Below, piece by piece: positions 38,601 to 49,826 of a DNA stretch of 64,000 nt (the first letter of the stretch is position 1; every line of letters begins with the position of its first letter). The position numbers and the translations under genes are program-made. Under the pieces are notes generated by a model, which was not told the DNA's origin, made no database searches, and was given only the letters and a program-made list of their open reading frames with translations. This DNA comes from Lepidodermella squamata (Eukaryota > Animalia > Gastrotricha), in NCBI GenBank assembly GCA_047495785.1, contig JBLDXI010000015.1, positions 3,906,001-3,970,000 on the forward strand. The letters are read 5' to 3'.

Positions 38601-39773
38601 GTGTAGTCATAAGTTCCGACTTTAAGGGCGGCATTATCTACCGCCATCAAGTCCATCCCTTCATCCTGAAATCGATGATTAAGAACACTTTATTTGGGAC
38701 ATTTTACCTCCTTATACCTGAACATTGGCCATATTGATCGTTATGTAATCATCCCGATCCGCCCGTTGGTGTTCATGGCCGAACCCGAGGATGTGCATCA
38801 ACAAATGCATCATCTCACCGCTGTTACTCAGGCAACTATCGCCGAGTTCGGTCTCGTGCTGCCCGCCGATATATCCGACAGATGCCCGGCATTCGCTGCC
38901 ATCACCGCGTCTAAAATTGACGAAATCTTCCTCATTCTTGCGGTTTACGAATCGAACACAGGTCAACTGGTTGATTGTAGCAATGGCTTTTGAGATGGCA
39001 GACCGGGCGCCCTCGTTGAACGCCGAATCTGAGTCGATTTCGTAAGGAACTTGGCTATTCGGCCACATGCCAGAGTTGATCATGGCTCGGGACGAAGCGT
39101 CGGAATCAACAGGCCGCAGCACATCTCCCGATCCTGATTTGAAGCAGTTACCTGTCGCCAACTTCGCCTGAGCCACCTTAACAGTGTAGTCTTTAGCTAT
39201 TGATGACGCGACGATTTTAAGGCGGAATGCGTTCTGTGTCTTGATGCCGAACTGAACCTGTTGCCACTTGTTGTTCGTGCTTTGCGTTGAGAAGGACGGC
39301 GAGTCTTCGTAGACACTTGGGTTGTTGTCCAAAGTGCGGTAAATGTTTAAAGAGCTATCGCCAGTTACTAGATAGTATATGGAGAAGCAGTACGATCTAG
39401 ACCGCGAACTCGCGGCAACTTGAGGGCTGATAATCAGCGCCTTCAGCTGGTCATCTGCCGCCTCACGTTTCCCGCGACCTCGGCCGTTGTTATTGTCATC
39501 ATCCCCATCGCCTTGTGAGGCTTGGGTAGTGGCTCGGACGGCTGCCCGGGTTGTAGGCGCGTTTGACATGCGGGTTGTTGCGAAAAGTTGGAAACGTTCT
39601 GTTTTTGACCCGCTCCTCGCGATGATCCAAGTTAGCTGGCGAGTTCCAGTGGTGCCCTCTGAGGCGACTTGCCAGCGGCAGAAGTTGCTAGAGAATGGAC
39701 ATCGAAGTTCCTCCTGGCAGCTTGCCAGCGGGATTAAGGCAGAAAGTAGGAATAACAACTTGTTGTTGATCAT
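35622..39773 (-). CDS. MAM - astacin-like (catalytically altered) - EGF/EB repeat protein, paralog 1; multi-exon, hydrophobic C-terminus
   Basis: Signal peptide; MAM (CPFSSNFCRW, FCFSIYY); WPNSQVPY, TCVRF, HLLMHILGFGHEHQRADRD, YDYTSVTHF, MGQRFGLS; many EGF exons (CQNGG, CTGPNTC). Confidence 0.85.
36418..36922. mobile_element. TTAA-flanked fold-back MITE (piggyBac-like) with ~153-bp perfect TIRs, intronic
   Basis: 36418-36570 is the exact reverse complement of 36770-36922. TTAA on both sides. Confidence 0.9.
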
Positions 39774-41133
39774 CAAAGTGATTTAAATTCTAAAAAAATA
39801 GCCGATTTATTACTTTTAAAGCTAAGCTATTTCCCCATATTGATTTTGGGATCGGGATTCATTCCCCATCCGTCTAATAATGCCAATCTTGATTGCGGAC
39901 TACTGAGTTTTGGTTGCGTGATTTGGTTGTATTCTTAATGGGTGTTTAACAACCGTGGGATACAGCAGGTAGGTAACAATGCACTGACTGCGCTCGGTTA
40001 TTGTTCTCACTTGACGCATTTCCCAGCCCTGCGTGGCCGTTGATGTGGTAATGCTACTTGTTGTGTACTTTTTTGGTCACGTCGTTATACCGGGAATCGA
40101 CTACGACGACACGATTTCGGCGTTTTTCATTCATTCATTGAATGAGGTTTGGCTATAATTATAACGAAAACCATATGATCAAGGACTGGATTAAACGGCT
40201 ATAATAATCCATGGCTACAATAGCAACGTTTGCTTCGGCTTTAGCCTGTTCGCTTAACGCATTTCAAGAAAGACAAACAAGTCATAAAAGCAGTACTCAT
40301 GAACTATCAGAAACATTATTTTTCTTTCAAAATCCGAAATTTTAATCCGAAAAATCGGGCTACAACCGAGCTGTTGTGTCATTCATGCAGGAAGTTAAAA
40401 TTTTAAACAAATGGTTTCCTCGCAAAATGACTTGAACAAAATTATCGTTAACAAGTGAAAAATGGGGTTTGGCGTATTATCTGATTTTTCAGAAAATGGA
40501 AAAAGTGTCTTAACTTGAAGAGGGACGATACCTGGATTCCTAGATGACCATACTCAGCTATTCTTAAGGATTTTGAATTTTCAAAATTCAGACCTCTAGG
40601 AGGGTCCCATCCACCTCAGAAGACGGGAGACACCAAAGCGTCGAGGCTTATCGATTCATGTTGACGTGGAAGCACTATCATGATGTCATCAACATTGTTG
40701 AATATCTAGCAACATTCCTCACCTCAGATGACCCCGAAAAATCTCGATTGCGCATAGGAAAATAACAGAATTTATTGCGCGACGAATTAATAATTGATGC
40801 AATAAAAAACTTGATTTGTTAAGCGCGCATTTTTCGAAATTGGGAATTTTCAGCCGTTAACTTTGAAGCCTATATCCTCAGCAACTCTGATGATAATCAA
40901 CCTCTTTTTGATATCGCTCGACTCTCCGTTCATTAATCTTGACAGAGGCTTCTCGCATAAATTTCGCCCAACCCCACTTTTCACTTTTTAACGATCATTT
41001 GGATTCTAACCGCTGCCTTCAGTTGTTTTTATCAAAAGAAAACATTCTTTTATCAAATTTTTATTCAAAATACAGAAATATTTATAGAAAAGCTATCAAG
41101 CCACGAGAATTCGAAAACACGAGATTTCAACTT

Positions 41134-44100
41134 TTAACACAGACGCGTGAGAACGCAGATGAGAGGTTTCCCGCCATTATTGTTGTTGCCACCATTCGAA
41201 CCTTTATTGTTAGGATTCACCGTCGTATCGACTCCAGGTGCCTTGACGATCTAAAATTGGACATACGATAATATTCAATATCTTCAGCGATAATTATATT
41301 CGGGATAAACTTACAATTAATCCAGGCGCAGTGACGACTTCGATCTGCGCAGGCTGATTGCATTGAGCACCCTGATAGCCTGATTGGCACGTACATGTGT
41401 TCTGAAAAAATTAGAGCAATAAAAAAATTCAATAATAAAAAATAATCAACTTACAGGTCCTGTGCATGTTCCGTAAACGCAACCTGATGATTACAAAAAT
41501 TACGAAATCGTCCCTATTAAATTTTCTTTTATCAAGTCTTACCAGCATCGCATTGGAATGTTGTACATCCATTGCCAACCCAACCGCTGTTACATTGGCA
41601 AGTGTTGGGACCCGCGCAATACCTAAGACAGTCGAATTCTCAATTAAGATGGACAGAAAAAAGTTCAATATAAGTTACCCATTACTGCCACAACCAGATG
41701 GACATGATGGGGTATTGCAACCAACGCCTGACCAGCCGAAATCTGAAATTGCATGATTTTTGCTATCGGTTTTTTTCTTGATTTATCGGATCAATTACTG
41801 CAAGTGCAAACGCCTGGCCCAGTGCACACAGCATTTGATCCACAGCCAGCAGGGCAAGAGGGGATGTTGCACTGGTTACCACTCCAATTAGTCGAGCACG
41901 AGCCTATTAATCAACAACCAATAATTATTGAAATTCGAGGTACAGGATTTCGCTTACATTTTCCCGTTGACATTGTGCAAGCTCCACGGCCTTGCGAAAA
42001 GCCGCAATCGTTATCCGAGTTGCAGTCGCGAGGTTGATTGTTATTGTTAGTTATCATACAGGAAAATCCGGAGTATCCGGCCGCTTAATTAGGAAATTAA
42101 ATTAAATTATTTAGGATTTGCTAAAATCGAAGTTCAAACTCACTGCAGCTGCATTGATTAGGCCCAACACAGGTTCCACCATTGAAACAAGTCTGAGAGC
42201 AAATAGCCATTTCTTTAAAAAAATAAAATCCACATGATTTCGGCTGGAAAAATAGCTCAATTAATTACGGCAATACTGGCCAGACCATCCCGAGACACAG
42301 GAACAAGCACTGGTCGGTTGGTTCCATGTTCCACCGTTTTGGCAATCTTTGGAATCGTGGATAACGTTTTTATAGAAAATAGGTCTCGAAATTGTTCATC
42401 ATACTATTATTGTTGTTGTTATTGTTATTTATCTGGCAGGAAGTTCCAGAGAATCCAGCAGCTTGAATTGGGAAATTAAATTAAATTAATTCAGAATTTA
42501 TTATAACCAAAATTGAAACTCACTGCAGCTGCATTGGTTAGGTCCAACACATGATCCCCCATTAAAGCAAGTCTGAGAGCAGATAGCGATTTCTATAAAA
42601 AAAACATTAAAATAATCATAATCTGGCAGAAATTTAAATTATTTACGGCAATATTGGCCAGACCATCCCGAGATACAGGAGCAAGCACTGGTCGCTTGGT
42701 TCCATGTTCCACCGTTCTGGCAATCTTAAAATTATGAATTAATATGATACGGGTATTGGATCTCGATGAAATTATTCATTATACTGTTATTGTTGTTGTT
42801 ATTGTTGCTGTTGCCACCTATTGAGGTTGCACAGGTTTGCCCGGTAAAACCAGCGGGGCAGACGCAGAAATTCGGGCCTTGGCATGTTCCACCATTGCGA
42901 CAGGCCGGCGAGCATTCTGAAAAAAATAATCTCAAAATAAATATTTTTAATTTTCATTCAATTTACGAGCTGAAGGCTGCGTGCCAGTGCATTCGTAGGC
43001 TTGGCTAAAACAAAATCAAAATTAAGGCTGATAATTTTCGATTTTTCACGTCATACTTAATAGCAGCGATGTCACCGAAAGAGACACCGAACCGCTGCCC
43101 CATCAAGCGGGACTGAGGCGTATTATTGATTGGGGTTATTGTTTGTTGGTTCGAGTCAATAGCGTAGGCCAATGGGCCGAAATGCGTGATTGAGGTGTAA
43201 TCATAGGCTCCAATCTTCAACGCACTGTAGTCAATCATCATCTGATCCATACCATCGTCCTATTAATTACTTATAGCTATAGGAAACTATAGGCTAGATT
43301 TTGCTAAGACTTACGTTGACATTAGCCAGGTTTACATTGACGAAATCGTCACGGTCGACTCGTTGGTGCTCGTGGCCGAAGCCGATGACGTGCATCAGAG
43401 CGTGAAGCATTTCGCCCGGGTTTCTCAGACACGCCGAGCCGAGCTCGCTGTCATGCTGCCCGCCGACGTAGCCAATCGAGGCACGGCAGACGTCATCGTC
43501 TGATTTCTTAAAATTAACAAAGTCATCCTCGCCATTTCGAGGCACAAACTGAACGCAAGAGGAACGATTGAGGGTGCTCATGCCGTTCAACAGAGCTGTT
43601 CGATCTGACCCAGTAATCGGCGAATCCGAGTCGATTTCGTACGGGACTTTGTTCTCAGGCCACAGCCCTGAAACAAGCAAGCCACGGGCTTGAGTGGCCG
43701 AGACAGGTTTCAACGTATCTGCCCTGAAGCTTTTGCCGTTATTGACGAAACATGGGCCGTAGGCAAACGCCAATTTAGCCAGCTTAACGCCGCTTTCAAC
43801 CGCTGGCGTAGTCGCCATGATTTTCAGCTTAAATTCAGACTGAGTGCTGATTGCGAATTCGGTTGAATTCCAGTCGGCCATAGCTGTCCGAGCGGCAAAA
43901 ATCGGACTGGTTTCATAGGCATTAACGTTTCCATCTTGGGTTTTGAAAACCTCCAACGCACTCCCAGCCGCGACTTGGTAGCTGAAAGATAGGCAGAAAG
44001 TCCTAGCGGCAGATCCACTGGCCGCGGCAGCGACCGAAGGGCTGACCAAAGAAACGCGTAATTTATCATCAGCTGGTCTTTGAGTGGTAACGCTCGATGC

Positions 44101-44391
44101 CGTAGCTCCTCTAGGCGGTCGCGTAGTCGTGGCTGCTTTCAACTTGGTCGCAGCGTAACTTTTGATCTGATCGGCGGACGATCCCTTCAAAATCTGCCAG
44201 TTGATCGTCGTCCCGGTTGTTGCTCCCTCGGCGGTATTCACCCATTTGCATAGATTATTCGTGAAAACACACTTTAGTTGCTTAGCAGCTTCGTTCTGGC
44301 CAGTTTTCTTGTTCTGCCCAGGATTCTTCGCGCCGCTTACGAAAACAGCGGAAACGACGAAAAGGTTGAGGAACGTTAACAAAAATTTCAT
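41134..44391 (-). CDS. MAM - astacin-like (catalytically altered) - EGF protein, paralog 2; multi-exon
   Basis: Signal peptide MKFLLTFLNLFVVSA; CVFTNNLCKW, WPENKVPY, HALMHVIGFGHEHQRVDRD, YDYTSITHF; EGF exons. Confidence 0.85.
42140..42727. repeat. Tandemly duplicated pair of EGF exons with flanking intron sequence
   Basis: 42140-42350 closely matches 42518-42727 (aactcactgcagctgcattg... and ggccagaccatcccgaga...). Confidence 0.8.
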
Positions 44392-44741
44392 TTTTTCTCG
44401 ATAAATTTCCTGCGGTTTGTTTTGTGAGAAATTAGGTCTGTTGACAAATTTAAAAGAATGCTGCCGTTTATTGTGTCGCTGCAAGAGCTATTTCTTGGCG
44501 GAGTGCTGTTTTCAATAGGCGTGTTCACGCGCGGATCGCTAAGCCCTTACAAAAAGCCCACGCACACACGCAGAATAAAGTTTTTTGCACACGTTGTATA
44601 CTACATAACCGCGATGACGTGAGGTATATACCGGGCGTGAATAATCTGCCTCCACATCACGAGCAAGATATCCTTCTTTATTCACTGCTGTTAGATTTCG
44701 AAAATGTCTGAAATGTTCAATCTGTCTATTTTCATCAGTCA

Positions 44742-46917
44742 TCATTCAGCTATTCCAAGGAATACAACAAGACAGCCGAACACGATTGAAATCGCGGCGC
44801 TTTCGATGTTGCCGGCTGCGATAAGTGTAGGCTTCCTTGTTGTATAAGAAAGCACCATCGTTGTGTCAACACCAGGTCGCTTGTCAATCTATAAGTTGAA
44901 TCAAAATAGTGAGAAAATTTATAAGCGGAGATACAACAAACCACTAGCAGCGGGGTAGTCAGCGGCTGAATGTTGAAAAACCCAGATTAAATTGTATCCA
45001 TAATTCTTTGGAGTAAATAAACATACTGAGCCGGTAACTTCTTTGCAAGTATAAGGAGCAGTGCATTGACCGGTTGGTCCGCAACCTTTTAGGGAAAGGG
45101 ATAAGTTTCCATTTCATTCCTAATTTAAAGAAAAATACCTCCAGGGCAATTGGGCAAGCTGCATTTGCTTCCAGTCCAGCCCTGATTGCAAACACCTGAG
45201 ATGAAACAAAATCCATCAATGAAGCTCGATGTAATTTATCAAAGCCTACATTTCCCAGTAGAAGCCTGGCAAAGCCCTTGTCCGTTCAAGACCCCGCAAT
45301 CATAATTGGACGCGCAATCGGGCGTCGTATTAGGCGTGGCTGTAGTAGCTGTAGTAGTAACAGTCGCAGCTGCTGGTGTTGTTGATTCTTCAACGCTGTA
45401 ACCAGCGTCGCCGAGATAATCACACGTTCTGCCTGAATAGCCCTTCGGACAGATGCAAAAATTAGGGCCTTGACACGTTCCACCGTTTTTGCAAGCTGGA
45501 CTGCACGCTGAATAAGACAATAATGCTCGACCTCATTTTTGATGAGTAGAAATTAAAAACTCACTTGACGGCTGGGAAGCCGGGCAACCGTATATAGAGC
45601 TGTAGATAATTTCACATTTCAAGGAGGAATTTTTGTAATTTTCATTCCATTAGTTACTCACTTAATTCCGGCAATGTCTTTAAAGGACAGGCCAAATCGC
45701 TGTCCAATCAGCTTTGTCTCACTCGTATCCGTCAAAGCCGAAATTGTTGGAACAGCAGGATCCAACGCGAAGGCAAACGGGCCGAAATGCGTGATCGAAG
45801 TAAAATCGTAGGTTCCGATTTTCAAGTTGTAATTGTAATCAATCGACATCTGCTCAACCCCGCCGTCGGCAACGTTCGCAAAGTCGACGAAAATGAAATC
45901 ATCTCGATCCGGCCGTTGATGTTCGTGGTTGAAGCCGAGAATGTGCATGATAAGGTGGACGAGCTCGCCGTTATTCCGCAGACAGCTGCCGCCTAGTTCC
46001 ACGTCTTCCTGCCCGCCGAGGTAGCCGATCGGTGCTCGGCATGACTCATCGTCCAATTTACGAAAGAAAACAAAATCATCCTCAGCAGTTCTTGCTTTGA
46101 AGGTTACGCAAGTTGTGGAAGAAATGCTGGTTAATGCTGACGTTACAGCTTGACGTTCGGAAGCTGTGAACGCTGAATCTGGATCGAACTCGTATGTTAT
46201 CGCATTAGACGGCCACGCGTTGCCAGCAACAAGCGATCGAGTCGAATCTGTAGAACCAACCGGTCTCAATGTATCTACCTTAGGATTGGTCCCGATCGGC
46301 TCGAGACATTTACCAGCTACCAGGGTGACTGCAGCAACTTTGACCGAGGCATTTCTAGCCCCGGAACCTGCTGTAACTTTCAACCTGAAAGCTGTTCTAG
46401 CCTTAATCGGAACTTGAGCTTTCATCCACCGGCCGGAGCCGCTGTTCACGGAAAATAATGTTGAAGCTTCGTAAACACTTACACTGCCCTCTTGAGTTTT
46501 GAAGAGTCGCAGGGACGAGTCTCCCAAAATCAGGTAATTTAGAGTAAGGCATAAGGTTCGGTTTTCTGACCCTGACGGAACTATAGGGCTGATTAAGGTG
46601 GCTGAGAGTCGCTCGCCGGCCTGGCGCTTCTTCCTAGCATATGGCGGGGCTAGCGTAGTGGTAGTTGCCTCTGTAACCCTAGTTGCGGCGTAGAATTGGA
46701 ACTTCTCAGTCGGAGAGGCGCTTTTCAGAATGACCCAGGTCATGCGGTTCCGGCTGTCGGCGACATTGGAACCTTCCGGCTGGACTTGCCATCGACAGAA
46801 TGAGCTCGAGAACGGGCAGCTAACAGCCCGTACCGGGTCCCTAGTACCAGCTGTTTGACAGGCAGCGTAACTGCCCAGTGTCAGAAGCAAAATAGCCGGG
46901 TGGATAAAACTCGCCAT
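44742..46917 (-). CDS. MAM - astacin-like (catalytically altered) - EGF protein, paralog 3; multi-exon
   Basis: Signal peptide MASFIHPAILLLTLG; CPFSSSFCRW, WPSNAITY, HLIMHILGFNHEHQRPDRD, YDFTSITHF. The predicted last exon shares PGVDTT with paralog 2. Confidence 0.85.
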
Positions 46918-47129
46918 TTTTTTAGGTGGCGAAAAACTCGAATTTTATCTCCCATATCACCTCAAAGAAAAGTAGCCGCTAAATCCTTCTTAATTTGAAG
47001 GTTGCATCTTGTGTGGTCAATTTATCTCACGTGTGCCTGACTGTAATCCGCCGTTTCGTTACAACATTTTTATTTATCTGATATCTCAAGCAATTGTTTT
47101 GGAGCCCCACTTGAGGCTGATTGCTGCAT

Positions 47130-47993
47130 TCATACAACGTAAATTTTGCCGCCCATATTCGGCTTGGTGTAAGACTGAAAAAAATATCGCATTAAGTCGT
47201 TGTGAAAATGAGGGGAAAATTACCTGGTAGTAAACAGTCGACGGGGTATTTTCGTCCGGAATCCATGTAAAATATGTTGCTAAGCTTCTGTCGTATGTCG
47301 GAGCGCATCCAAGCTGAAAGAGATTATCAGATTTCGAGAAAAAATCTCAAAATTCCAAAACTAACATTAAGAGTTTTGAAGTAACTGGCGTAATTTGGAA
47401 TTTCGTCAGGATAACTTGTATTCGACTGATAGGAGCAATAAAGTCCGACAAGTAAGGGCAGGCCAGTTGAATTTAGCCCAGCGAAAATTTTGATTTGCTA
47501 TAAGGAAAATCGAAAAGTTGCCCTTAATTTCCAGCAAATCTTACGCTTCTCTTGTTGCTATCTTGATTCACATAAGCACCATCCGGATCGTCAGTAATGT
47601 ACAGCGGGTAGTCGACACCAGTCAGAGGGAAGAAGTAATGGGTTCTATTTCGTTTGACTGTGATATCAGGCGCCATCAAGCCGTTGACGTAGAGGACCAA
47701 ATCGCTTTCTCTCAGTTGAGTTTGAAGGTTTCGTATGGCGGAATACCCGCGAACATTGCCCCCATTTGGGCCAAGATGAACGATGAAATGAGAAATATTG
47801 GTCACTGTCGGAATGTCTCTCCAAGCTTGAGACGCATCGCTTTGTCTCCTTATTCGGCTGCTGAATGGAGTTCCTAAAATTTCGAGTTTGTCCAATTTTG
47901 CGCATCAATAACGGAAAACGTGTAACCTTCTTGTGACGACAAATCACTTGCAATTAAGATGAGAAGGATCGAAGCGAGAATTGGTTTATGCAT
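47130..47993 (-). CDS. Small secreted protein consisting only of the Skeletor-type C-terminal domain
   Basis: Signal peptide MHKPILASILLILIA; LGPNGGNVRGYSAI, YVNGLMAPDI, LYITDDP, WIPDENTPSTVYYQ, SYTKPNMGGKIYVV*. Homologous to 29595-30240. Confidence 0.75.
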
Positions 47994-48170
47994 TGACTAA
48001 CTTATTTTACCAAGACTCGTAAAAAATTGCCTACGCCCACCTTGAATACTACTTCGGTACGAGTAATGCCCTCTTGTTGTAGTAAGCAGAAACGTTTCGT
48101 GCTGTCGTTCTAGCAGCATGAATTTTGAGAAAAAAATGATACGCAGAAAGTTTTATTCTATCGTAAAAAG

Positions 48171-49410
48171 TCATAGGTCACGAGTAAAAACAGCGTCTTC
48201 ATCTTCGCAATTGTTAATTTTTTGGTATTTTAGGCTCCTCGATTCGATCGAATGATTATCATTTTGGCACTTGGACATGCATCTACAATTTTTATTAATA
48301 TTAATAAAATTCGCGAAAAATTCAAAATCCAATTCACCTTACGACAAGACCTATTAGCCCAGTAATTGCCATACAGCCGAAAAAATTGAAACTGAGTGAT
48401 ATAATAAAAAATAGAGAAATTATCTAGGAAAATAATGGTTGAACAAACCAGTACATCATCACGATATACATAGAGTTATCCTGTGAATAAATGTCCCATG
48501 TCGTTTGGCGACCGTTCCATGGTGGGGCTAATATCCACTCAATCTAAACAGAAACATTACCAAATTCGAATATGGAAATTCGACTAAAAATAAATCTTAC
48601 ATTGCAGAGCCAAGTTCCTTGAACAATGAAAAAAGTAGCCCTGGTAAGTGAGAGCAAAAAGTGACTTTTGACGAATATCTCCACAATCACGAAAATGGCT
48701 GTCGTGAAGATTGTGTAGACTAAAAGATCGTGCACTGCCATCTTTTGAAAAATAGGTTGAAAAATAGGTAGGAAAAATAGGTTTTGAAGCTCTCAATCCT
48801 AAGTCGCCTACCTGAACTACAGGATGTTGATCACCGTGCGAACCCATCGGATGACGATGATTCGAGAACGCCATCCCTTCTACCACGAAAGCTAAGGCCG
48901 AAACGGCTAAAAGCAAGAGGTTATTAAAGAGCTGGTTAGTCATCAGGTTAAATCTACCGAAATCGGTGCGTTTCGGTATCCAGGAAATTTTGAAAAACAT
49001 CAAAATATCGACCAATCCAGTTATTCCGAAAGCTGTGAACATCGCAACCTGATATGGAGAAATATTGTAAAAGTTTCACTTTGTGGCCGTAATTTTACAT
49101 GAACTGTGTTTCGAGCGCCAATCTTGCCGCTATCTCCCCTGATATCAATTTTAAAAATACAGCTCGATTTTTCATTATTTAAATGAATATTTTACATGTA
49201 ACCGGTGGTGATTTCGAAGAATGATCCCAGTGCTGTAGCCAGAATTTTCAGGACCCCTTCAACGGGTAAATTATTGCCGAAACATGAGTAGCTTGACAGT
49301 AATTTCAAGCACTCCTGATTGCGATAAAAATTGACGTACATGCTGGCAATGTGCCATAACCCGAAAAGGATGAAGAAAATGCCCGGAAGCACATGACCTG
49401 GGTAGAACAT
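48171..49410 (-). CDS. TMEM45: TMEM45-like (DUF716) multi-pass membrane protein; multi-exon
   Basis: N-terminus GHVLPGIFFILFGLW, then LPVEG, MFTAFGITGLVD, LAFVVEG, VHDLL and QGTWL, all typical of TMEM45. Confidence 0.85.
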
Positions 49411-49826
49411 TGGCAACGATTTTATTAAAGCAACTCTGGTAGCCTATTATTTAACAGCACTCTTCACCTACGCTTTGTTTTTTTATATTAATTTTTTTGT
49501 TACGAATACTATATACACTAGGTTGTTATTGCAGTACTTGTCATTTTTAAGTTTTTCTTTGAGTATAAATGCGTATTTTTATGAAAAAAACCAGTTGATA
49601 AAAAGTGATAGACACCGACCGCAACTGTAATCATTTCGAGGATATCATGATCTAATTTTGGGCCGTAAAATTGGTATCTCGCCTGTCCGCGATAAGCTTC
49701 TGGTCAAAAACTGAGTCCTTATCTGCTGCATTTTATCTTGTGCAAATTGCGGAGAGCAGTTACGAGGAACAAGTAGCGAGGTGAGAGTCCATTCTCGATT
49801 TTCGTTTTTCTTTTTTTCCCATATTT

